Source: Candidatus Omnitrophota bacterium
GTDB lineage: Bacteria; Omnitrophota; Omnitrophia; Omnitrophales; Aquincolibacteriaceae
DNA: 64,000 nucleotides
Direction of reading: 5' to 3'
Assembly (NCBI GenBank): GCA_041674705.1
Contig: JBAYVF010000002.1
Location: forward strand, 78,330-142,329
Shown: piece after piece, positions 18,190 to 26,839 of the stretch
How the letters are laid out: each line of letters starts with the position of its first letter
How positions within the stretch are numbered: the stretch's first letter is position 1
The notes under the pieces: generated by a model
Databases searched by the model: none
Told to the model about the DNA's origin: nothing
Seen by the model: only the letters and a program-made list of their open reading frames with translations
Made by a program: the position numbers and the translations under genes

Positions 18190-21100
18190 AGCCATCCACT
18201 TCTTAAAAAACTTAATGAGAAGGTCCTTGTGTTCGACGGGGCGCTGGGGACGAATCTCCAGACGCTCAATCTCACTTCGCAAGATTTTGGCGGCAAGGAT
18301 GGCTGTAATGAATACCTCGTTATCACCAAGCCGGACGCCATCCGGAGCGTCCACGAAAGTTTCCTTAAAGTTGGCTGCGATGTGATCGAGACCGACACGT
18401 TCGGCTCGAACCGTATTGTGCTCGCCGAGTACGGATTGCAGGACCGCGTGGTGGAGCTCAATGAAAAGGCCGCGCGTCTTGCCAAAGAACTTGCCCAGAA
18501 ATATTCCACGCCGGACCATCCGCGATTTGTCATGGGCTCGGTCGGCCCCGGAACCAAACTTCCGTCGCTTGGGCATATCGGTTTTGATGAGCTCAAGGCA
18601 TCCTACAAGGAACAATATAAAGGGCTCATCGCGGGCGGGGTGGACGGCCTCTTGATCGAAACCTGCCAGGACCTGCTCCAGACGAAGATCGCTATTATCG
18701 CCGCGGTGGAATTTTTCAAGGAAACGGGCCGGCGGTTGCCGCTCATGGCCCAGGTGACTCTGGAACCCACGGGCACCATGTTGCTCGGGACCGACATTCA
18801 GGCCGTGATCACAACGCTAGAGATGTTCCCGGTGGATGTGATCGGGATGAATTGCGCGACCGGTCCCGCCGAAATGGCGGAACATGTCCGGACCCTTTGT
18901 GAAAATTCCGTGAAGCACATTTCGGTCCTGCCGAATGCCGGGCTCCCGGAGAATGTCGGCGGTGTGGCGCATTATCATCTGACGCCCAAAGAGCTGGCGG
19001 ATTTCCACGAGCGCTTTGTTAAAGAATTCGGGGTTTCGATCGTGGGCGGTTGTTGCGGTACGACGCCCGAACACTTAAAAGCCGTGGTGGAGCGTGTCGG
19101 GAAGTGTATTCCTAAAAAGCGGACGCCCAAACATGAGCCGGCGTGTGCCAGTCTCTATGGTATTTCAGCTTTCACGCAGAAGCCCGCGCCTCTCCTTGTG
19201 GGGGAGCAGACCAACGCGAACGGCAGTAAAAAGTTTAAACAGCTCCTGGAACATGAGGATTATGACGCGATCGTGGGCGTGGCGCGCGAAGCTGTGAAAG
19301 AGGGCGCGCATCTTGTGGACCTTTGCGTGGCCTACGTCGGCCGCGATGAAAAGAAAGATATGATCGAAGCCATCAGCCGGTTCAACCAGCAGGTAACGGT
19401 CCCGGTGATGATCGATTCAACGGAATTCGCGGTGATCGAAGAGGCCTTGAAGCACATCGCGGGGAAACCCATCATCAACTCGATCAATCTCGAGGACGGC
19501 GGCGAGCGGTTACGCAAGATCTGTCCCATGGCGAAAAAATATGGCGCGGCACTGGTGGCGCTTACGATCGATGAAAAAGGCATGGCGAAAACGCGGGAGG
19601 AAAAACTCCGTGTCGCCAAGCGCATTTATCAAATTGTGACCCAGCAATACGGCATCCGGCCGGAAGATCTTTTCTTCGACCTTTTGACGTTCACGCTCGG
19701 AAGCGGCAGTGAAGAATTCCGCAACGCGGCGCCGGAAACGATCGGGGCTATTCGCCGTCTTAAAAAAGATCTGCCCGCAGTACACACCATTCTCGGCGTT
19801 AGCAATATTTCATTCGGCCTTGCACCGCATGCCCGGCAGGTTCTCAACAGTGTTTTTCTTCATGAATGCGTCGAGGCCGGACTGGATGCCGCGATCGTCC
19901 ACGCTAAAAAGATCGTGCCGCTTTTCAAGATCGCCGCGGAGGATCTGGAAGCCGCGCAACGGCTCCTTCATAACAAATGGATCGACGGTAAGGATCCTTT
20001 GCAGGAATACATTGCGCATTTTTCAAAAAAACAGGGAACGGTCGAAGTGCCGCGTGAACGGGCAGCAACGATCGAAGATATCCTGAAGAACCATATTCTT
20101 GATGGAAGCTCCGACGGTCTGAACGGGGATCTGGATGAGGCTCTCAAAAAATACAAGCCGCTTGAGATCATCAACGAGTTCCTGCTGGGCGGTATGAAAG
20201 TGGTGGGGGAGCTTTTTGGCGCCGGGAAAATGCAGCTTCCGTTCGTGCTTCAGTCGGCAGAGGTGATGAAAAAGGCCGTAGCCTACCTGCAACCCTTCAT
20301 GGAGAAAAATGACGGTCAGGAACGCGGCCGGATCGTGCTGGCGACCGTCAAAGGCGACGTTCACGATATCGGGAAAAACTTGGTCGATATCATTCTCACC
20401 AATAACGGCTACAAAGTTTTCAATATCGGGATCAAGCAGCCGGTCGATGCCATCGTGAAGGCGGCGATCGAAAACCGCGCCGATGCGATCGGGCTCTCGG
20501 GGCTTTTGGTGAAATCAACACTGATCATGAAAGAGGATCTTGAGGAAATGAACCGGCGCGGGGTGAAGATCCCTGTGATTTGCGGCGGCGCAGCGCTTAC
20601 GGAACGTTTTGTGGAACGCGACCTCACGCAGGCCTATAAGGGGCCGGTCCATTACGGCCGCGATGCTTTTTCCGGTCTCAAAATCATGGAAGGCCTTAAG
20701 GGCGGCGGGGCGCCGGCCAAAAAAGAACCGAAAGCCGTTGTGGAACCGTCCGTTCCCGTTGCAAAGGTGGCAAAACCTTCTCCCAGCGCAAGCCCGCAAG
20801 CTCCGACACCGCGGCGTGTGGACGGAGTTCCTCATGGTGAAATAAAACCCCGAAGTCCTTCGTTTCATGTCCACCGTGATAATCCCATTCCCCAGCCGCC
20901 GTTCTTCGGTTACCGGATCCTCAAGAATCTCCGGATGCAGGAGATATTCCCCTGGGTCAACAAGATCGCGCTTTACCGGGGACAGTGGCAGTTCAAGCAA
21001 GGGGACAGGACGCCGCGCGAATTTGAGCTTTATCTCCAGGAAAATGTGGAGCCCCTTTTTGAGCGGTTCAAGGATCAGACGGTCCGAGAAAAGATCCTGG

Positions 21101-21675
21101 AGCCGAAGGTCATCTACGGCTATTACAAATGTTATTCGGAAGGAAATGATCTTGTCGTGTTGGAGGGCTCCGGTCAAAGTGAGTTGATGCGTTTCACATT
21201 CCCGCGGCAATCCCGTGAACCTTATCAATGCATTGCGGATTTTTTCAGGCCCAGGGGCGGCGAGCTTGATATTGTGGCTCTTCAGGCTGTGACCATAGGC
21301 AAGCGCGCTTCCGAAGTGGAGCAGAAACTTTTTAAGGCGAACAAGTATTCGGAATATCTCTACCTTCACGGGCTTTCGGTGGAGGCCGCCGAAGCCTTGG
21401 CGGAGTACACGCATCTTTTGATCCGTCGTGATCTGGGGATCGATAAAAAGGACAAGCGTTCGAAGGATGAGATCTTTCGTCAGGGGTATCAGGGTTCGCG
21501 TTACAGCTTCGGGTATCCGGCCTGCCCGAATCTTGAGGACCAGAAAAAACTTTTTCAGCTTCTTCCGGTAGAAAAGATCGGGATCACGCTCAGCGAAGCC
21601 TTCCAGATGGCGCCGGAGCAATCCACCGCGGCCATTATCGTCCATCATCCGCAGGCGAAGTACTTCTCCGTTTAA
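18187..21675 (+). CDS. metH: cobalamin-dependent methionine synthase
   Basis: 1162 aa with a GTG start 10 nt after GGAG. Contains the Hcy-binding, pterin-binding, B12-binding (GDVHDIGKN) and AdoMet-activation modules in canonical order. Confidence 0.95.
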   Translation: MSHPLLKKLNEKVLVFDGALGTNLQTLNLTSQDFGGKDGCNEYLVITKPDAIRSVHESFLKVGCDVIETDTFGSNRIVLAEYGLQDRVVELNEKAARLAKELAQKYSTPDHPRFVMGSVGPGTKLPSLGHIGFDELKASYKEQYKGLIAGGVDGLLIETCQDLLQTKIAIIAAVEFFKETGRRLPLMAQVTLEPTGTMLLGTDIQAVITTLEMFPVDVIGMNCATGPAEMAEHVRTLCENSVKHISVLPNAGLPENVGGVAHYHLTPKELADFHERFVKEFGVSIVGGCCGTTPEHLKAVVERVGKCIPKKRTPKHEPACASLYGISAFTQKPAPLLVGEQTNANGSKKFKQLLEHEDYDAIVGVAREAVKEGAHLVDLCVAYVGRDEKKDMIEAISRFNQQVTVPVMIDSTEFAVIEEALKHIAGKPIINSINLEDGGERLRKICPMAKKYGAALVALTIDEKGMAKTREEKLRVAKRIYQIVTQQYGIRPEDLFFDLLTFTLGSGSEEFRNAAPETIGAIRRLKKDLPAVHTILGVSNISFGLAPHARQVLNSVFLHECVEAGLDAAIVHAKKIVPLFKIAAEDLEAAQRLLHNKWIDGKDPLQEYIAHFSKKQGTVEVPRERAATIEDILKNHILDGSSDGLNGDLDEALKKYKPLEIINEFLLGGMKVVGELFGAGKMQLPFVLQSAEVMKKAVAYLQPFMEKNDGQERGRIVLATVKGDVHDIGKNLVDIILTNNGYKVFNIGIKQPVDAIVKAAIENRADAIGLSGLLVKSTLIMKEDLEEMNRRGVKIPVICGGAALTERFVERDLTQAYKGPVHYGRDAFSGLKIMEGLKGGGAPAKKEPKAVVEPSVPVAKVAKPSPSASPQAPTPRRVDGVPHGEIKPRSPSFHVHRDNPIPQPPFFGYRILKNLRMQEIFPWVNKIALYRGQWQFKQGDRTPREFELYLQENVEPLFERFKDQTVREKILEPKVIYGYYKCYSEGNDLVVLEGSGQSELMRFTFPRQSREPYQCIADFFRPRGGELDIVALQAVTIGKRASEVEQKLFKANKYSEYLYLHGLSVEAAEALAEYTHLLIRRDLGIDKKDKRSKDEIFRQGYQGSRYSFGYPACPNLEDQKKLFQLLPVEKIGITLSEAFQMAPEQSTAAIIVHHPQAKYFSV

Positions 21676-21699
21676 AAAGGCAAAGCCTTTTTAAACGGA

Positions 21700-21829
21700 A
21701 GACCACAGACCGCAGACCACAGACTAAAGACTTTAAATAAAAAACCCTCACCCATCCCTCTCCCGTGGGGAGAGGACAGGTGAGGGGCAAGCTTCTGCTC
21801 CAGTCTGTAGTCTCTGGTCTCTAGTCTAG
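21700..21829. repeat. inverted heptanucleotide arrays (AGACCNC)5 ... (NGTCTNN)4 flanking the metH/pckG terminator hairpin
   Basis: agaccac agaccgc agaccac agactaa agacttt (21700-21734), and agtctgt agtctct ggtctct agtctag (21802-21829, overlapping the pckG stop codon). Confidence 0.6.
21745..21787 (-). terminator. rho-independent terminator of pckG (two-tier GC hairpin plus U-run on the minus strand)
   Basis: Outer stem ccctcacc/ggtgaggg (21745-21752/21780-21787). Inner stem 21757-21764/21768-21775. On the minus strand the hairpin is followed by ttttttatttaaag. Confidence 0.6.
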
Positions 21830-23610
21830 CTGCCGATAGGCAGCTGGAGTTTCTCCGCCAGCGAACGATATTCCTTCCAAATCGCTTCCGGAGTGTGGGA
21901 TCCGAACTGCAAAAGATATTTTTCAATATCCTTAAGTTCTGCAGTCCATTCCGAAGGATCCACCGCAAAAAGTTTGTCCACAGTTTCACGGGAGATTTTA
22001 AGGCCTGAAAGATCGAGGTCTTTCATCTCCGGGAGAAGTCCGAGCGCGGTTTCTTTGACGGCGACCTTGCCATGAACCCGATCGATGATCCACTTGATCA
22101 CCCGGATGTTATCGCCATAACCCGGCCACATGAATTTTCCGGCTTCATCGGTACGGAACCAATTGACGTTAAAGATCTTGGGCGGATGTTTGAGTTTCTT
22201 TCCGACATTAAGCCAATGACCGAAATAATCCCCCATGTTGTAGCCGCAGAAGGGGAGCATGGCCATGGGGTCGCGACGGATCACGCCGACTTGGCCCGCG
22301 GCTGCCGCGGTGGTCTCAGAACCCGTCCGGGTGCCAAGAAAAACGCCGTGCTGCCAGCTGAAGGCTTCCATCGCCAGAGGGATCAGCTTGCTGCGTCTGC
22401 CTCCCAGAATAATGGCGGAGATGGGAACGCCTTGAGGGTTGTCGAATTCTTTGGAAAGTGTGGGGCAGTTAAGGATCGACACTGTGAACCTGGAATTCGC
22501 GTGCGCGGCCTTAGTCCCTTTGGACGGATCCCAGGGCTGGCCCTGCCAGTCGGTGACATTTTTAGGCACGGCGCCGTCCAGGCCTTCCCACCAGGGCTCG
22601 TTCGTGTCGTTATCAATAGCGGTATTCGTGTAAAGCGTGGGGAAGAATTTGTTATTCTTTAAAGTCTCGATCATTTTTGGATTCGTTTTGAGCGATGTTC
22701 CGGGAGCGACGCCGAAAAATCCGGCTTCGGGATTGATAGCGTAAAGACGTCCGTCGGGACCGACATTCAGCCACGCGATGTCATCGCCCAGGGTCCAGAC
22801 TTTGTAGCCCGGTAATGCGGCCTGCATTAATGCGAGATTGGTCTTGCCGCAAGCCGAAGGGAAGGCTGCCGCAACATAAGTGACCTGGCCTTCCGGATCT
22901 TCGATGCCCATGATAAGCATGTGTTCGGCCAGCCAGCCTTCTTTTTTTCCCATGCAGGAAGCAATGCGGAGGGCGAAACATTTTTTCCCAAGGAGGGCAT
23001 TACCGCCGTAGCCGGAACCGAAGCTCCACACAAGATTTTCCTGTGGGAAGTGCATGATGAAACGGCGTTCGGGATGAAGATCCCCGACGGAATGGAGACC
23101 GCGAACGAAATTCTCAGAGTTTCCGATGCGATCGAGCGCCTCTTTTCCCATGCGGGTCATGATGCGCATGCTGACCGCGACGTAGCAGTTGTCGGTGATC
23201 TGGACGCAGGCCTTCGCGTACGGGGACTTGGGATGACCCATCATGTAAGGCATGACGTACATCGTGCGGCCCTTCATGCAGCCGTCGAAAAGTTTCGCCA
23301 TCTTTATTTTGGCTTCTGCGGGGTCCATCCAGTTGTTATTGGGGCCGGCGGTCTCTTTGTCCGGATGACAGACAAAGGTCAACTGTTCGGTGCGGGCGAC
23401 GTCATTGGGATGAGATTGGTGATGATAGGCGTTCGGCCAATGTTTGTCGTTCAGTTTCTGAAAGACGGGGTGACCGTTGATCAGCTCTTCCTTGATGCCG
23501 ATCTCGATCAGTTTTTTAGCCTCAGCTTCCGTACCGTCGCACCAGTAGATCTTGGACGGCTTGGTCAGCTCGGCTTGTTCTTCTACCCATCTTTCAAGAG
23601 GCGTCGTCAT
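21826..23610 (-). CDS. pckG: GTP-dependent phosphoenolpyruvate carboxykinase
   Basis: FPSACGKTNLALM kinase motif and full-length similarity to PEPCK-GTP. I prefer the start at MTTPLERW (23610), which has GGGAG 9 nt upstream, over the track start at 23679. Confidence 0.93.
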   Translation of the reverse strand: MTTPLERWVEEQAELTKPSKIYWCDGTEAEAKKLIEIGIKEELINGHPVFQKLNDKHWPNAYHHQSHPNDVARTEQLTFVCHPDKETAGPNNNWMDPAEAKIKMAKLFDGCMKGRTMYVMPYMMGHPKSPYAKACVQITDNCYVAVSMRIMTRMGKEALDRIGNSENFVRGLHSVGDLHPERRFIMHFPQENLVWSFGSGYGGNALLGKKCFALRIASCMGKKEGWLAEHMLIMGIEDPEGQVTYVAAAFPSACGKTNLALMQAALPGYKVWTLGDDIAWLNVGPDGRLYAINPEAGFFGVAPGTSLKTNPKMIETLKNNKFFPTLYTNTAIDNDTNEPWWEGLDGAVPKNVTDWQGQPWDPSKGTKAAHANSRFTVSILNCPTLSKEFDNPQGVPISAIILGGRRSKLIPLAMEAFSWQHGVFLGTRTGSETTAAAAGQVGVIRRDPMAMLPFCGYNMGDYFGHWLNVGKKLKHPPKIFNVNWFRTDEAGKFMWPGYGDNIRVIKWIIDRVHGKVAVKETALGLLPEMKDLDLSGLKISRETVDKLFAVDPSEWTAELKDIEKYLLQFGSHTPEAIWKEYRSLAEKLQLPIGS

Positions 23611-23621
23611 TTTAAAAGCTC

Positions 23622-23641
23622 CCTGCCTGCCGGCAGGCAGG
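23622..23641 (-). promoter_or_regulatory. perfect 20-nt GC-rich palindrome overlapping the pckG SD region
   Basis: cctgcctgcc|ggcaggcagg lies 12 nt upstream of the pckG ATG and abuts the ctccc (GGGAG) SD. Confidence 0.4.
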
Positions 23642-23858
23642 CTTTGTATAGAGAAATTGGACATCGGATACGGTCCCAATACCGATCAATCGAAGCGAAG
23701 CTGAGATTGGGGCCGTCCAAATTACCATTTGGGGAATGAAATATAAAATTTGGACGGTTGAAGTCTACTGATGTAGAGTGATTTTGCAAGGGGTTTTTAA
23801 TTGGAAACAATCCCAATGCGTTTTATCACCGCTCAGATCGCCCCAGCGAGGCGATCTT

Positions 23859-24048
23859 CGCTCGCGCGCTCGACTTCACTCGACGAACAGGAATCGTCAC
23901 GAGACAGCTCTCGGAGCTGATGGATCCTGCTCGGCCGAGCAGGTCCCGTCAGCGAGAGCGCAGGCTGGCATCCGCCATCGCAGAGGATGAACAGCCGGTG
24001 CCGAGAGGCGATTCCTGTTCGTCACCCTGCCCGTTCGTCTCGCGAGCG
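23859..24048. other. 190-nt multi-helix palindromic element (candidate structured RNA or insulator); strand unknown
   Basis: Three nested long-range helices: 23859-23866/24041-24048 (8 bp), 23882-23896/24009-24023 (15 bp perfect) and 23908-23914/24001-24007 (7 bp). There is an internal 18-nt palindrome at 23926-23943 and a neighbouring hairpin at 23836-23842/23850-23856. Confidence 0.4.
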
Positions 24049-24099
24049 TGCCTTCTCGCATCGGGATTGTTTCTCGCTTGGGTTGGGGTGTGGAGGGGA

Positions 24100-24876
24100 T
24101 CAACCGTTTTCTTCGAAGTAACGCGTGACTTTTATCACGAGTCTTCGTGGGGCGAGACGGACCAGGATCGCCAGAAGTTTGTTCGTGAATCCCGGGATCA
24201 CAAGGCGTTTGCCTTTCATGAGCCCCCGATAACCCGCTTCGACCACGGGAGCGGCCTCCATCGCGAAAGCATTCTCCCGGATGTGTTCGGTGTTGGACTG
24301 TTTTTGAAATTGTGTCCGCGTGGGGCCGGGACAAAAAGCCGTGACCGTGACACCGGTTCCCGAGAGTTCTTCGGCGAGCGCTTCGGTGAAGGAAAGCACA
24401 TACGCTTTGGAGGCGAAGTAGCAAGCCATGAAAGGACCGGGCTGGAAGGCCGCTGTTGATGCGACGTTCAAGATCCTGCCATGGCCTCGTTGGAGCATCG
24501 CGGGAAGAAAGAGGCGTGTCAAATGGGTCGCGGTGATCATGTTGAGGTTCAGCATGGATTCAGTGGCTTTCCAATCGGTGTCAGGGAAAAGGCCGTGAAC
24601 GCCGAAGCCGGCATTGTTCACGAGGATCTCGACAGCGATCTTTTGATCGTCGATCTCGATTTTGAGTTCCTCGGCCGAGGTGGAAAGGCTTAAGTCTTTG
24701 AAGATGGTTTTTACGTCGACGCGATCGGTCGCGCGCAATTCTTCAGCGAGCGCATCTAAGCCGATTTTGTTCCGATCGACAAGAACGAGGGAATAGCCGT
24801 TATGAGCAAAAAGCCTGGCGAATTCACGACCCATGCCTTCTGCGGCGCCGGTGATCAGAGCGTATTTTTTTTCCAT
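24100..24876 (-). CDS. short-chain dehydrogenase/reductase (classical SDR)
   Basis: MEKKYALITGAAEGMGREFA (TGxxxGxG), NNAG, and a Y...K active-site region. The start at MEKKY is preferred over the track start at 24930. Confidence 0.8.
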   Translation of the reverse strand: MEKKYALITGAAEGMGREFARLFAHNGYSLVLVDRNKIGLDALAEELRATDRVDVKTIFKDLSLSTSAEELKIEIDDQKIAVEILVNNAGFGVHGLFPDTDWKATESMLNLNMITATHLTRLFLPAMLQRGHGRILNVASTAAFQPGPFMACYFASKAYVLSFTEALAEELSGTGVTVTAFCPGPTRTQFQKQSNTEHIRENAFAMEAAPVVEAGYRGLMKGKRLVIPGFTNKLLAILVRLAPRRLVIKVTRYFEENG

Positions 24877-24935
24877 AGGTTGAAAAAGTTCATAGTCTGA
24901 AAAGATATTTGAACCTCTAGGGCTTCTCAAGGCTA

Positions 24936-26162
24936 TTAAGTTTTTAAGACTCCGAGTGACTTTGCGATCCTTGCGAAAACATTGACCGCGCGTTCGATCT
25001 CTTGCAAAGAATGGCCCGCGGTGACGGTGGTACGGATCCGGGTGGTGTTGGGCGGAACTGCGGGGGGGAGGATCGGGACAATAAAGATCCCTTCCTGCTT
25101 CGCAAGGCGGGTCATTTCCAGGGCTTTTGCGTCGTTGCCGATGATGATCGGGACAATGGGGCTTTGGCTATTCAAAGTGTCAAACCCGTTTGCGTGGAGC
25201 GTTTTAATAAAGTATTGCATGTTTTCATGAAGTTTTTTTACGCGCCACGTCTCATCCTCAATGACCTCAAAGGAAGCTTTGGCGGCCGCGGCGGAAGCCG
25301 GCGGCAGGGATGCGGAAAAAATAAAAGGGCGGATCGAGTGCCTTAAATAGTTGATGAGCTTGGTATTGCCGGCGATATAACCGCCGATCGAGGGAATGGT
25401 TTTACTCAAGGTGCCCATTTTGATATCGATAAGACCTTCCGCCGGGTCGATCCCGAAGTGTTCCTCGATGCCCGTGCCTTTTTTCCCGAGCACTCCCATC
25501 GAATGAGCTTCATCGATCATCAGAAGGGCCTTATATTTCCGGCAAAGCCGGATCACTTCCGGGAGGTTAATGATGTCGCCATCCATGCTGAAAACGGCAT
25601 CCGCCACCACGAGCTTGGCCCCTTTTTTGGGAGCTTCGGCGAGGGTTTTTTCAAGGGATCCCATATCATTGTGCTCAAACCTGAGAAAATGAGCTCGTGA
25701 GAGGATACAACCGTCCACAATGCTCGCATGGTTGACCTTGTCAGAAATCACCACATCGTTACGGCCGAGGAGGGCGGAGATCGTTCCGGAATTGGCGCCA
25801 TAACCCGTTGAGAGAGCGATGGCCTCTTCGGTTTTTTTAAAGGAAGCGATCTTTTTTTCGAGCTCCATATGGATACGGGTGGTTCCCGTCAGGAACCGGA
25901 CTCCGTGAGTGCCTGTTCCGAATTCTTCAATGGCTTTTTTAGCGGCGGCATTGATCTTCGGGTGCCCTAATAGATCAAGATAAGAATAGGATGAAAATTG
26001 AAGCAGGGGCCGGCCCTGGATAGTGATATGGACTCCGTCCACGGCATCCGAAGAATGCATATAGGGATAAACATCGAGCTCCTTGGCTTTTCGGATCCGG
26101 GCATTCAAGATCTCGATGCGGGCTAGGAAGGCTTTTTGACCAAAATTTTCGGATTTGTTCAT
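24936..26162 (-). CDS. alpha-oxoamine synthase family PLP enzyme (BioF/KBL/serine-palmitoyltransferase-like)
   Basis: SSYSYLDLLGHP, GTGTHGVRFLTGT, DEAHSMGVLG, GTLSKTIPSIGGY (PLP lysine). Confidence 0.85.
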   Translation of the reverse strand: MNKSENFGQKAFLARIEILNARIRKAKELDVYPYMHSSDAVDGVHITIQGRPLLQFSSYSYLDLLGHPKINAAAKKAIEEFGTGTHGVRFLTGTTRIHMELEKKIASFKKTEEAIALSTGYGANSGTISALLGRNDVVISDKVNHASIVDGCILSRAHFLRFEHNDMGSLEKTLAEAPKKGAKLVVADAVFSMDGDIINLPEVIRLCRKYKALLMIDEAHSMGVLGKKGTGIEEHFGIDPAEGLIDIKMGTLSKTIPSIGGYIAGNTKLINYLRHSIRPFIFSASLPPASAAAAKASFEVIEDETWRVKKLHENMQYFIKTLHANGFDTLNSQSPIVPIIIGNDAKALEMTRLAKQEGIFIVPILPPAVPPNTTRIRTTVTAGHSLQEIERAVNVFARIAKSLGVLKT

Positions 26163-26166
26163 AGGG

Positions 26167-26739
26167 TTATTCCTTCAGTAGAAAAAGTTTACTGTTATGG
26201 ATTTTATAGAACATGGGCGCGACTCTGACTTTGGGATAGCGAAGGCGAAGCCGCTTCACCTCGCTTAAGACGAAATCTGTTTCGTTGCCGATCTCGAAGA
26301 TATGGGAAGCCTTTCTGAAATGTTCTTCGGCGTCCTTTTTCTTCCAGCCACCTCGTTTGACGAGGCCTTTGATGAAGAGATCCTTGCGGGCGGGGAGATT
26401 GACCATGCCGCAATGGTCATGCGTGATGAGCGCAATATGGGAGACACCGCCGACGGCGATGGCATACGAGACTTTGAATTCACTATAACGGAGGTTGGCG
26501 CCGCCCGTGCGCAATACGAACGCGAAATTGTCCGGGATGCGCAAAAGTTTGCGGCTGTCCATGCACATGCCAATAAGAAGTTCGGCCTGGGAATAAGGTT
26601 TGAAAGGGCGTTGCAGATTCTGGTATTCGAGAAGACGTCCAATCGGGGTATTTCTGTATTTGGGAGGAATGTCCGAGATTTTATTGATCGAAATGAGGCG
26701 GTTCATATGATCCACGCTGTCTCGCTTAAATGAATTCAA
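26167..26739 (-). CDS. beta-class carbonic anhydrase-like protein
   Basis: CMDSR (CxDxR), FVLRTGGAN and HIALITHDHCG (HxxC) match the beta-CA zinc-ligand layout. There is a 4-nt gap to the downstream AOS gene. Confidence 0.6.
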   Translation of the reverse strand: MNSFKRDSVDHMNRLISINKISDIPPKYRNTPIGRLLEYQNLQRPFKPYSQAELLIGMCMDSRKLLRIPDNFAFVLRTGGANLRYSEFKVSYAIAVGGVSHIALITHDHCGMVNLPARKDLFIKGLVKRGGWKKKDAEEHFRKASHIFEIGNETDFVLSEVKRLRLRYPKVRVAPMFYKIHNSKLFLLKE

Positions 26740-26839
26740 TGAAAAGAGGGCCCCACCTCTTATTCCCGGCGAACCAGAAAGACAAGGAGGGTTTCCCCGT
26801 GTTTTTGTTTTTGAGCAGGCATTTTATAGCATCTTTCAG

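Noticed and set aside
20515-21648. 377-aa minus-strand ORF, and other ORFs overlapping metH.
   Set aside because: It is antisense to a confidently identified metH and has shadow-ORF composition.
22921-23739. 272-aa plus-strand ORF opposite pckG, and the 23-codon N-terminal extension of pckG to 23679.
   Set aside because: The ORF is antisense to PEPCK. The extension translates the GC palindrome and lacks an RBS, whereas ATG 23610 has GGGAG upstream.
23897-24459. 175-aa (minus) and 179-aa (plus) ORFs across the palindromic spacer.
   Set aside because: They mirror each other across a palindrome, overlap the SDR gene and have no recognisable motifs. They are better explained as non-coding structured DNA.
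24936-26162. Calling the alpha-oxoamine synthase bioF.
   Set aside because: No bioA/bioD/bioB neighbours are present, and the sequence signatures do not discriminate BioF from KBL or SPT by eye. Only the family-level call is kept.
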